This document shows, in pieces, positions 8,390 to 16,563 of a DNA stretch of 32,000 nt. The notes below the pieces were generated by a model that worked only from the letters and a program-made list of their open reading frames with translations, did no database searches and had not been told where the DNA came from. The DNA is from an uncultured archaeon (GTDB taxonomy: Archaea; Iainarchaeota; Iainarchaeia; Iainarchaeales; CSSED10-239): contig CAYXAY010000005.1 in NCBI GenBank assembly GCA_964463155.1, forward strand, positions 1,264 to 33,263. The letters run 5' to 3'. Position 1 is the stretch's first letter, and every line of letters starts with the position of its first letter. The position numbers and the translations under genes were made by a program.

Positions 8390-8746
8390 AAATTCTCCCA
8401 ACTATACTTATATAATATAATTAGATATTAAATACAAATATTTAAAAAATCGGTAGATACACAACAATGTAAGTGTTTGCCATTATGTTATTTTAATAAA
8501 ATTAAAACAGAAGAACATATTAATTTTTTATTTGTCCTTTGCGCACGGTGTTTTTTTGTATCACAGCCATGTTCTTTTAGGGCGGCTACGACAATTGGAT
8601 CTATTGGCCTATTCCAATTTCTAAAGCCACTTCTGTTCTTGTAGCAGACCTACTAATGATAGATGTCCGTAAAGACCCTAAAAAAGCAAAAACAAACAAA
8701 GAACAACAACAAAATTTTGAAGAATTAAAAAAATTGATAAAATAAA

Positions 8747-9334
8747 TTACCGCCTAATACTTTTTTGCCTTTGTGGTTGACTTTTCTTTTTTTGTTTTGG
8801 TCTTGGTATATTTCTGACCTTTAATTTTGCTTTTTGAGAACGGATTACTCCATTTAATAAATTTAGTAATCTTTTATGTACTTTTTGTATATTTTCCGGT
8901 GGTTTTTTTAGCTTTTCTTGTTTTGTTGTAGTATCTGGGCAATCATCTAGACAACAAAATGTAATTTCATTTTCTTTTGGATTTTTACTTGTGGTTCCAT
9001 GAAATGCGTTTTGGAAAAAATCCGTTTTGTATAGTTCTAGCTTTTTTTTAATGTCTGTTTTCCCCACACCAATTAAATTTAATACTATTTCCATTAAATC
9101 TGAATGTGTTGCAAAATTTACATCCCACTGTTTTGGAGCAACAAGGATATAATCTCTGTTCTGATAACTTGTACAAAAAAATTTGAATTCTTGATGATCT
9201 TTTGATTTTTTATGAACAATAAAAACACAGTTGCCTAATTCTGTTTTATTGTAATATGTCTTTGTTTTTTCTTGTATAGACATATTTTTTTGATACTCTG
9301 GAAGCCCTAGATTGCTGTTTCCCATATTTTTCAA
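8747..9334 (-). CDS. Hypothetical protein with a strongly basic C-terminal tail, translationally coupled to ppsA.
   Basis: 195-aa ORF starting 3 nt after the ppsA stop codon (9338-9340). C-terminus RNIPRPKQKKKSQPQRQKSIRR. No family recognised. Confidence 0.55.
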   Translation of the reverse strand: MKNMGNSNLGLPEYQKNMSIQEKTKTYYNKTELGNCVFIVHKKSKDHQEFKFFCTSYQNRDYILVAPKQWDVNFATHSDLMEIVLNLIGVGKTDIKKKLELYKTDFFQNAFHGTTSKNPKENEITFCCLDDCPDTTTKQEKLKKPPENIQKVHKRLLNLLNGVIRSQKAKLKVRNIPRPKQKKKSQPQRQKSIRR

Positions 9335-9337
9335 AAT

Positions 9338-11752
9338 TTATTTCTTTAAAGACTTTTCAAGTTTTGCTATTGCTATCTTGGTTTTGATTATTGAATCTGG
9401 GTTTAAGCTCATAGATTTTATTCCCTCTTTAACCAAGAACTCAGCCATCTCTGGATAATCAGAGGGGGCTTGTCCGCAGATACCAATATACTTGCCTTTC
9501 TGGTTTGCAACTTTTATGACATCACTTAAAAGTTTTTTAACTGCTGGGTTTCTCTCATCATAGATATTTCCCAGAAGTTCTGAGTCTCTATCAAGACCCA
9601 GAGTCAATTGTGTTAAATCATTGCTACCAATACTAAAACCATCAAAGATTTCAAGGAAACCCTCTGCAAGAATAACATTTGAAGGAATCTCACACATACA
9701 GTTTACCTTTAAGCCATTCTTTCCTTTCTCTAAGCCGTTCTTTTTCATTTCAGCAAGAACTTTCTTTGCTTCATCAAGGGTTCTACAGAAAGGAACCATA
9801 ATTTCAAGATTTGTTAAGCCAAACTCTTCTCTGACTTTTTTGATTGCCTGGCACTCAAGAGCAAAACCAGCAACATAATTTCCTTGGTAATATCTTGAGG
9901 CACCTCTCCAACCAATCATTGGGTTGCTTTCAACTGGTTCGTAGTCTTTTCCACCAATCAGGTTTGCATACTCATTTGATTTAAAATCTGAAAGTCTTAA
10001 GATTACTTTCTTTGGATAGAAGGCTGCTGAGATTCTTGCAATACCTTGTGCTAACTTATCAACAAAATATTGTTTCTTGTCTGTGTAACCAATTGTTAAA
10101 GCATCAATTTTTTCTTTGACTTCTGTATCTGTGATTTTGTTGTAATTGATTAAAGCAAGAGGATGAATCTGAATCCAAGAGTTAATAATAAATTCTTCTC
10201 TTGCAAGACCCACACCGTCGTTTGGCAAAAAGCTTAGATCAAAGGCTTGCTCTGGGTTACCAACATTCATCATTAACTCGGTTTTTGTTTTTGGAATTTC
10301 TTTTAAATCGATTGTTTGTTTTGTAAATTGAATCTTTCCTGCATAAACAAAACCAGCATCTCCGCTTGAACAATCCATTGTCACTTCTTCTCCAGTTTTT
10401 AATTTCAAGGTGCCGTCAAGGGTTCCAACAATACAAGGAATTCCAAGCTCTCTAGCAATTATTGCGGCATGACATGTTTTCCCGCCTTTATTTGTTATTA
10501 TTCCGGAAGCTATTTTCATTATTGGCTCCCAGTCAGGATCTGTCATTTCTGTTACTAAGATTTCTCCTTTTTTAAATTGGTTAATTTCTTTTGCTGATTT
10601 TATAACTTTTACAATTCCTGTTGAGATTTGTTGACCAACGCTTTTTCCAACAACGACGGGTTTAGCATTTGTGGTTAAAGAAAAAGTTGTGTAACTTGTC
10701 AAGTCTTTTCTTGACTGCACAGTTTCAGGTCTTGCTTGAACAATAAATAATTCGTTTGTCTTACCATCAAGAGCCCATTCCATATCCATTGGCTTGAACT
10801 TATTTGCTTTCTTTGAATAGTAATCTTCAATCTGCACAGCCCACTCTGCAAGCTTTATTGCTTGCTCGTCTGTTATTGAAAACTTGTTTCTTTGTGTTAG
10901 TTCTACAGAAATGTTTTTGGTTGGCTTGTTTCCTTGGTTGTCATAAACCATTCTTATTGCTTTTTCTCCAACAACTTTTGAGATGATTGGTTTTTTACCT
11001 TGTTTTAATGTTGGCTTAAAAACAATAAATTCATCAGGGTTGACTGCTCCTTGAACAATATTTTCTCCAAGGCCGTAAGTTGAGTTAATTATTACTACCT
11101 CTTTAAAGCCAGTTTCTGTGTCAATAGAAAACATAATTCCTGAAGATGCCATATCACTTCTTACCATTCTTTGAACAACAACTGAAAGAGCTATGTTGAA
11201 ATGGTCAAACTTTTTATCAACTCTGTAAGAGATTGCTCTGTTTGTAAACAAACTTGCAAAACATTTTCTTACTGCCTCTAAAAGATTCTCTTTACCAGTG
11301 ATATTAAGATAGCTTTCTTGCTGTCCTGCAAAAGAAGCATCTGGAAGATCTTCAGCTGTTGCACTTGATCTTACTGCAACATCTAAATCAGGAATTTTTT
11401 CTTTTTTACAAAGTTTATCGTAAGCATCAAATATTTCTTTTTCTAAGTCTTTTGGTATTGTTTCATGCCTTATTAGTTCTCTAATCTTGTGGCCCTTTTC
11501 TGCTAATTGGTCAAGATTGTGAGTATCTAGGTCTTTTAATATTTTTTTTATTTGGTCTTTTACTCCTGATTTATCAAGAATATATCTGTAGGCCTGTGCT
11601 GTGATTGCAAAACCGTAAGGAATCTTTACCCCTTTTTTCCCAAGATTTTGATACATTTCTCCCAAGGACGCGTTCTTTCCACCAACATAAGGGATATCCT
11701 CAATTCCAATCTCATCAAACCACATTATAAATTTTTTATTTTTTGCATTCAT
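9338..11752 (-). CDS. ppsA: Phosphoenolpyruvate synthase (pyruvate, water dikinase).
   Basis: 804 aa. N-terminal WFDEIGIEDIPYVGGKNASLGEM, phospho-His motif GGKTCHAAIIARELGIP, C-terminal PEP-utilizer signature FSIGSNDLTQL. Confidence 0.95.
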   Translation of the reverse strand: MNAKNKKFIMWFDEIGIEDIPYVGGKNASLGEMYQNLGKKGVKIPYGFAITAQAYRYILDKSGVKDQIKKILKDLDTHNLDQLAEKGHKIRELIRHETIPKDLEKEIFDAYDKLCKKEKIPDLDVAVRSSATAEDLPDASFAGQQESYLNITGKENLLEAVRKCFASLFTNRAISYRVDKKFDHFNIALSVVVQRMVRSDMASSGIMFSIDTETGFKEVVIINSTYGLGENIVQGAVNPDEFIVFKPTLKQGKKPIISKVVGEKAIRMVYDNQGNKPTKNISVELTQRNKFSITDEQAIKLAEWAVQIEDYYSKKANKFKPMDMEWALDGKTNELFIVQARPETVQSRKDLTSYTTFSLTTNAKPVVVGKSVGQQISTGIVKVIKSAKEINQFKKGEILVTEMTDPDWEPIMKIASGIITNKGGKTCHAAIIARELGIPCIVGTLDGTLKLKTGEEVTMDCSSGDAGFVYAGKIQFTKQTIDLKEIPKTKTELMMNVGNPEQAFDLSFLPNDGVGLAREEFIINSWIQIHPLALINYNKITDTEVKEKIDALTIGYTDKKQYFVDKLAQGIARISAAFYPKKVILRLSDFKSNEYANLIGGKDYEPVESNPMIGWRGASRYYQGNYVAGFALECQAIKKVREEFGLTNLEIMVPFCRTLDEAKKVLAEMKKNGLEKGKNGLKVNCMCEIPSNVILAEGFLEIFDGFSIGSNDLTQLTLGLDRDSELLGNIYDERNPAVKKLLSDVIKVANQKGKYIGICGQAPSDYPEMAEFLVKEGIKSMSLNPDSIIKTKIAIAKLEKSLKK

Positions 11753-11810
11753 AGTTAATCATATTTATTTTCTTAAATATATTTTAAATAAGAATAAAGG
11801 ATTTATATAT

Positions 11811-12278
11811 TTATTCTTTCTCAAACTTATCCCACGGGAAAGCCACCCACTTGTCTACTTCTTTTGCATAGAAGTCTGGAGTGATCTTGTTGTGTTCTTT
11901 ATTTAGAAAGATTGTTGCACTCTTTACTGACTTTACTTTGTATGTTTTTAAAAGCTCTTCTAAAAAGATAATTGTCTTTCCTGTGTCACAGATGTCATCA
12001 ACTATCAGGATGTTTTTGCCTTTTAGAAGTTCTTTGTCTGGAGCATTTAAGAGTTTCATCTCTTTTTGCTGTTTGTTCTCATAAGAAGAAACAGCAACAC
12101 TCAGTATGTTTTTAGTTTCTAGAAGCCTTGCAAGAAGTACTGCTGGGAAAAAACCACCAACAGAGACTCCAAGAATATAATCCACTTTAAAGTTACTGGT
12201 TTTTATTTGCTCAGAAATTCTTAAACACAATGTTTCAATTTCTTCATAGCTAAAGTTTATTATTTCCATAGTTTTCAC
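11811..12278 (-). CDS. gpt: Purine phosphoribosyltransferase, xanthine-guanine PRT (Gpt)-like.
   Basis: 155 aa. PRPP-binding motif NILIVDDICDTGKT, VSVGGFFPAVLLARLL, C-terminal WVAFPWD. Overall layout matches E. coli Gpt. Confidence 0.7.
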   Translation of the reverse strand: MKTMEIINFSYEEIETLCLRISEQIKTSNFKVDYILGVSVGGFFPAVLLARLLETKNILSVAVSSYENKQQKEMKLLNAPDKELLKGKNILIVDDICDTGKTIIFLEELLKTYKVKSVKSATIFLNKEHNKITPDFYAKEVDKWVAFPWDKFEKE

Positions 12279-13088
12279 TTACAAAATTTCATCTTTTAAT
12301 CTATCATATCTTGAAAAGTTTTTTGTTTTCTTCATGGACTTGTAATGGATTGCTTTCTTTGGACAGAAGTTATAGCAACGCGTGCAAAACATACAGTTGT
12401 TTCCAAAAATTACTTTGCCTTTCTCTTTCTTGATTGTGATGTTTTGGGCTGGGCAAACATTTACACAAAGACCACAAAAATTACATTCCTTTTTATCCCA
12501 GAACCATTTGTTTTTTTTATTCATTCCAAACTTTGCTATTTCAGAAATCAAATACATAAAAATATTTGCGGATTTAAATTTTGATTTTCCTGATGTTATT
12601 AACTCAAAATCTTGCTTAATCTTTTCTTTTGTTCCTGATATTTTAAGATCAGCGTGTTCTTTTTTATCTATATCTTTATTAAATAAAAAACCATCATTAC
12701 TTGGCATTATATACAATAAATTAGAAATTACTTGATATTTCTTTTTTCTTAAGATTCTTTCTAATACATTAAAACTAGCTCCCGCACTTAAACCGGCGGT
12801 TGCAAAAAGAATAACTGGTTTATCTTTTACTTCTGGAAGTTTTTTTACAAAATCAATAACAATCTGTGGCGGGTAGAAATAATAAATTGGAAAACCAATC
12901 ATTAGAAAATCATACTTGCCTTGACTTGTAACTGTTTCAATCTTTTCTATTTGGAAAAGATCAATAGAGATTCCTTTTTTCTTATAGTTGTCTTGAAACT
13001 CACAAGCAACAAACGCTGTGTTCCCTGTTCCAGAAAAATAATAGATTGCTCCCTTGCCTGGATTAAGTTGTTTATTAGTAATAGTCAT
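12279..13088 (-). CDS. EFR1-type protein: flavodoxin-like domain fused to a 2x[4Fe-4S] ferredoxin domain.
   Basis: N-terminal AIYYFSGTGNTAFVA (flavodoxin-like) and two CxxCxxCxxxCP motifs (CNFCGLCVNVCP, CMFCTRCYNFCP). Its stop codon abuts the gpt-like start codon with no intervening nucleotides. Confidence 0.8.
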   Translation of the reverse strand: MTITNKQLNPGKGAIYYFSGTGNTAFVACEFQDNYKKKGISIDLFQIEKIETVTSQGKYDFLMIGFPIYYFYPPQIVIDFVKKLPEVKDKPVILFATAGLSAGASFNVLERILRKKKYQVISNLLYIMPSNDGFLFNKDIDKKEHADLKISGTKEKIKQDFELITSGKSKFKSANIFMYLISEIAKFGMNKKNKWFWDKKECNFCGLCVNVCPAQNITIKKEKGKVIFGNNCMFCTRCYNFCPKKAIHYKSMKKTKNFSRYDRLKDEIL

Positions 13089-13111
13089 ACAAAAACAAAG
13101 AATAAAATAAT

Positions 13112-13579
13112 TTAAAAAGGTTTATTTGTATCCTTTTTGAAAACTTTATCATAAAATAAAACAAATAGTATTGCAATAAATAAACCAAAGATAAAACTTA
13201 ATATACTGTATGGCGTGAAAAAATATAAAACAGTTAGACAAATTACAGAAAACAATATAGGAATTATGTCTTTTGATTTAATAATTTCAAAATATCTTAT
13301 TGGTTTATTCCTTTGCTTTGCTAATTTTATTTCTGCAAGAACTCCATTACTTACTTGACCAAATACCCCAATTTCATCTATTCTTTTTACTAAACTGTTG
13401 TTTGCACTTCTCACTAAATCTCTATCAACTGTATCAAGCATAAAATATTCAGAAATCACAAATGGAGTTAATGGCACAGCATTATTTTCAAGAACAAACT
13501 TAGAAATGTGCTGTCTAAAATAAAAATTTAGTTTAGAGTGCGCTATATATATTAATTTCATATCTGTGTTTGTGTCCAT
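13112..13579 (-). CDS. Hypothetical membrane-anchored protein with an N-terminal nucleoside 2-deoxyribosyltransferase-like / DUF4406-like pattern.
   Basis: KLIYIAHS...VPLTPFV...IDEIGVFGQVSNGVLAEIKLAKQRNKPIRYF resembles the Rossmann-like NDT/DUF4406 pattern. The C-terminal ~50 aa are hydrophobic (two predicted TM helices). Pattern recognition only. Confidence 0.4.
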   Translation of the reverse strand: MDTNTDMKLIYIAHSKLNFYFRQHISKFVLENNAVPLTPFVISEYFMLDTVDRDLVRSANNSLVKRIDEIGVFGQVSNGVLAEIKLAKQRNKPIRYFEIIKSKDIIPILFSVICLTVLYFFTPYSILSFIFGLFIAILFVLFYDKVFKKDTNKPF

Positions 13580-13688
13580 ACAAAAGATAGCCTAAAGTGG
13601 TTTTTAAAACATTGCACACGAGCAAAGTTTTTGGGACTGAAACCAATTCTCCCAAAAGGGGTGCCATTGGACACCCACCCCCGAAACC

Positions 13689-13697
13689 TTTAAATAT
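13689..13697 (+). promoter_or_regulatory. TATA-like box for the 13720 toxin-antitoxin operon.
   Basis: TTTAAATAT lies 23-31 nt upstream of the ATG at 13720, consistent with a leaderless or short-leader archaeal transcript. AT-rich background lowers specificity. Confidence 0.4.
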
Positions 13698-13719
13698 CGT
13701 TTTTGGTACTATTATTATT

Positions 13720-14031
13720 ATGACTACAAAATATGTTGTTAAAGAAAAGAAAAGAAAAAAACTAAAAGAACCAATGATTGATTACTATCCAACAGGTCGC
13801 GAAGTGTTTCTTGTTCAAGATATTCTTGAAAAATATCCAGAAGCAATAATGAAAGAAACAGAACTTGAAAAGAAAGTCAAAGATAAAGTCCGCAAGGTTC
13901 ATTTAAAACAAATATTAAAATATTTAGAATATACTAATCAAATCGTTTACTCAAAAAAAGGAATAACCTATATACACCCTGCATCAAAAAAATTAAAAGA
14001 TGCAATCAAAAAAGGGATTGTGTATGGTTAA
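13720..14031 (+). CDS. Putative antitoxin / small DNA-binding protein partnered with the RelE/ParE-like toxin.
   Basis: 103 aa from the ATG at 13720 (MTTKYVVKEKKRKKLKEP...). The track start at 13597 is a GTG extension through promoter-like DNA. The stop overlaps the next gene start (ATGGTTAA at 14024-14031). Confidence 0.5.
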   Translation: MTTKYVVKEKKRKKLKEPMIDYYPTGREVFLVQDILEKYPEAIMKETELEKKVKDKVRKVHLKQILKYLEYTNQIVYSKKGITYIHPASKKLKDAIKKGIVYG

Positions 14032-14362
14032 AATACAATTTTCAGAAGATGCAACTAAAATACTTGAAGAAATAAATAAAGATAATTCAAAACAAGGAAA
14101 AATGTTAAGTAAATCTATTCCCGAAAAATTAGAATTACTTAAACAAAATCCCCATTTTGGAGAACCTATCAAATCAAAATTTATACCTAAATGGTATTTA
14201 AAAAAATATAATGTTAAATTTTTATTAAAAGTAAGACTTTCAGAATATTGGAGATTACTTTACACAATCACAGATACTGGAGAAATAGAGATTATTATAA
14301 TTATCGTTGATCTTATTGGTCATAACAAATATAACAAACTTTTTGGATTTAAAAAGAAATAA
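14024..14362 (+). CDS. RelE/ParE superfamily toxin.
   Basis: IQFSEDATKILEEI...LLKQNPHFGEPI...LKVRLSEYWRLLYTITDTGEIEIIIIIVDLIGHNKYNKLF follows the canonical RelE/ParE layout (F...a.k.l..l....nP..G.pl......R.g.YRliY.i.....i.i..i.hr..Y). The alternative start at 14000 is also possible. Confidence 0.7.
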   Translation: MVKIQFSEDATKILEEINKDNSKQGKMLSKSIPEKLELLKQNPHFGEPIKSKFIPKWYLKKYNVKFLLKVRLSEYWRLLYTITDTGEIEIIIIIVDLIGHNKYNKLFGFKKK

Positions 14363-14365
14363 CAA

Positions 14366-16261
14366 ATGAAAGCACAACTTTATTTTAGACACGATTCTTT
14401 TAGAAAAGGACAAAAAGAAATGATTAAGGATATTTATGAGTCTGTTGTTCTTGGAAAAAACATCTTAGTACATGCACCAACCGGGACTGGAAAAACAGAT
14501 TCTGCACTTTCTGCAGCAATTACTTTGGCTATGGAAAAGAATCTAAAGGTTTTGTTTCTTACACCAAAGATTTCTCAACACAAGATTGCCTTAGAAGTTA
14601 TTGAAGAACTTACTGACAAATATGATTTAAAGATAAAGGCAGTGGACTTTGTTGGAAAGAAAAACATGTGTATTGAACCAGTTATCTCAAGAACAGAGTC
14701 TAATTTCTATGAGATATGTAAAATAGCTTGTAAGAAAAAACAATGCCCATTTTTTGAAAATATTAGACCAAGTAACAAAGGACAAAGAGACCTTTTGGCT
14801 TATCTCTTGGAGAAGAAGCTAAAGGAAAATGATGTGTTAAGTCATCTTGAGATTAAAAGGATTGCTGAAGAACTTAAGAGTGCTACAGGAATCCCACAAC
14901 CAGTCTGTGCATATGAACTAGCAAAGCTTTTTACTAAAAGCTGTAGAGTGATAATTGCAGACTATTATCATGTGTTTTCAAGCAAAGTCATGGAATCAAC
15001 ACTATCTGAGATTGGAGTTAACCTTGAGGAGTGTATAATTGTTATTGATGAAGCGCACAATCTTGAAGATCGTCTCTTAAAGTTGATATCCAAATCTTTA
15101 AATACAAACATGCTTCATAGAGCGATTAAAGAAGCAAAAGAAGTAAAGAATAACAAACTTAAAAACATCTTAGAAAAACAACTAGACCATATTGAGAAGA
15201 TTGCAGAAAAAAAACTAGAGAAAACCAAAGAAGATACTGTCTCTAAAGAAGAAATATTAATAAAAGAAATTAAAGAAAATCCTCTTGAGATTATTGAAGA
15301 ACTTGATGAGTCTGGTCTTAAGTATATTGAAGAACTTAAGGAAAGCAGTTCTGCATTTATCTCTGTTGGACTGTTTCTTGAAGAATGGATAAAAGATAAA
15401 GAGGCACACATTAGATTTATTAGAAAAGAAAAAAACGGAATTAGTGTTAAGTATAATGCTTTGGACGTTTCGCCACTGACTAAGAAAATATTTGAAAACT
15501 GTTATTCTTCTGTATTGATGTCTGCAACCTTAACGCCGCTTGCCATGTATCAAGATGTTTTGGGACTTGATAAAGGAAAAACAATTACTAAAGAATATCC
15601 TAATCCTTTTGACAAAGAAAAAAAACTAAATCTTTTGATTACTGATTCCTCAACAAAGTTTACTCAAAGAAATGATGTTGAGTATAAAAAAATCGCAAGT
15701 CATGTTGAAAAATGCGTTAACGCCATCCCGGGAAATTGTGTGGTCTTCTTTCCAAGCTTTGAAGTCATGGGAGATGTTGTGCCGATGATGAAAAACATTA
15801 ACAAACCAAGAATTGCCCAAGAAGAGAAGATGAATAGTCATGAATTTGAGGAAATGATTACTAGTTTTAAGAAACATTCCAAAAATATTAAAGGAAGCGT
15901 TCTAATGGCAGTTATGGGTGGGAAGGCATCTGAAGGTATTGATCTTCCAGGTAATCTCTTGATTGGCGCAGTTATTGTTGGAATTCCTCTTGCAAAGATG
16001 GAAATAGAAACAAAAGCAAAAATTGACTATTATGAGATTAAGTTTAGGAATGGTTGGAACTATGCTTACATTCAGCCAGCCATTCAAAAAGTTATACAAA
16101 GTGCAGGAAGAGTCATTAGAACAGATAAAGACAAGGGTGTTATTGTCTTTATTGACTCTCGTTTCCATTGGGAGAACTACAGAAAATGTTTCCCAAAGGA
16201 TATGCAGTTTGTTGTAAGTAAAGAATCTAAAGCAGAAATTGAAAATTTCTTTAACGCTTAA
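14366..16261 (+). CDS. xpd: XPD/Rad3-family Fe-S DNA helicase (DinG superfamily 2).
   Basis: 631 aa. Walker A HAPTGTGKT, DEAH box VIDEAHN, Cys cluster NMCIEP..YEICKIACKKKQCPFF..PVCAYE in the Fe-S domain position, C-terminal QSAGRVIR motif VI. Confidence 0.9.
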   Translation: MKAQLYFRHDSFRKGQKEMIKDIYESVVLGKNILVHAPTGTGKTDSALSAAITLAMEKNLKVLFLTPKISQHKIALEVIEELTDKYDLKIKAVDFVGKKNMCIEPVISRTESNFYEICKIACKKKQCPFFENIRPSNKGQRDLLAYLLEKKLKENDVLSHLEIKRIAEELKSATGIPQPVCAYELAKLFTKSCRVIIADYYHVFSSKVMESTLSEIGVNLEECIIVIDEAHNLEDRLLKLISKSLNTNMLHRAIKEAKEVKNNKLKNILEKQLDHIEKIAEKKLEKTKEDTVSKEEILIKEIKENPLEIIEELDESGLKYIEELKESSSAFISVGLFLEEWIKDKEAHIRFIRKEKNGISVKYNALDVSPLTKKIFENCYSSVLMSATLTPLAMYQDVLGLDKGKTITKEYPNPFDKEKKLNLLITDSSTKFTQRNDVEYKKIASHVEKCVNAIPGNCVVFFPSFEVMGDVVPMMKNINKPRIAQEEKMNSHEFEEMITSFKKHSKNIKGSVLMAVMGGKASEGIDLPGNLLIGAVIVGIPLAKMEIETKAKIDYYEIKFRNGWNYAYIQPAIQKVIQSAGRVIRTDKDKGVIVFIDSRFHWENYRKCFPKDMQFVVSKESKAEIENFFNA

Positions 16262-16359
16262 GGATTAACTTTATTTTTCATTTTTTAACCAGGGCATATA
16301 TTCTTTATGATTTGCGAAACAACGATTAAATATCAAAAAATTTCCTTTAATTACATAAG

Positions 16360-16494
16360 TTAATCTTCACCAACTTTATGTTTTTGGGCAAGTTCTAGAA
16401 TTCTAGCCCTTACAACCTTACTTTTAGTTGCATAATACCCTTTGTTAACAAAATCAGAAAGCTATTTTGCTTGCTTACCTTTTAACCTAACCAT
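16360..16494 (-). pseudogene. CopG/ribbon-helix-helix (RHH) antitoxin-like gene interrupted by an in-frame TAG.
   Basis: The reverse strand from the ATG at 16494 reads MVRLKGKQAK*LSDFVNKGYYATKSKVVRARILELAQKHKVGED*. The TAG is at 16464-16462 and the TAA at 16362-16360. The layout is beta-strand, helix (L..FV..G.Y), helix (SK.VRA.I.EL), typical of RHH proteins. It is below the 60-aa ORF-track threshold. Confidence 0.45.
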
Positions 16495-16563
16495 AAACTC
16501 TGTTTCTTTTTCAATCACAATTAATCACAAATATCTTAGAAACAAAGAAAATATAACTAGATA

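Noticed and set aside
8656-8745. 29-codon plus-strand ORF MIDVRKDPKKAKTNKEQQQNFEELKKLIK in the long spacer.
   Set aside because: It is too short and low-complexity to support as a gene. It is convergent with the ppsA operon end and has no recognisable start context. It is retained only as part of the GC-island observation.
13627-13643. GTTTTTGGGACTGAAAC resembling a CRISPR repeat terminus.
   Set aside because: It is a single copy with no neighbouring repeats or spacers. It is better described as one arm and the loop of a local hairpin.
13597-13719. N-terminal extensions proposed by the track. Examples: a GTG at 13597, and similarly 17676 for the Lrp gene, 8081 for the Panacea gene, 8401 for the orphan and 29412 for the GtrA-like gene.
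   Set aside because: The extensions start at non-ATG codons or run through TATA-like or palindromic promoter DNA or the neighbouring gene. Internal ATGs with upstream TATA boxes give products of normal family length.
16262-16359. 27-codon open stretch (IKGNFLIFNRCFANHKEYMPWLKNEK) after the RHH relic, as a possible toxin remnant.
   Set aside because: No start codon and no similarity to any toxin family I can recognise. It is too short to evaluate.
16462-16464. Stop-codon reassignment or read-through as an explanation for the in-frame TAG (RHH), TGA/TAA (GIY-YIG) and TAA (22260).
   Set aside because: TAA, TAG (e.g. the Panacea gene at 7461-7463) and TGA (the AlbA_2 gene at 26020-26022) all terminate well-supported genes in this window. 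All three stop types are involved, which fits decay rather than recoding.
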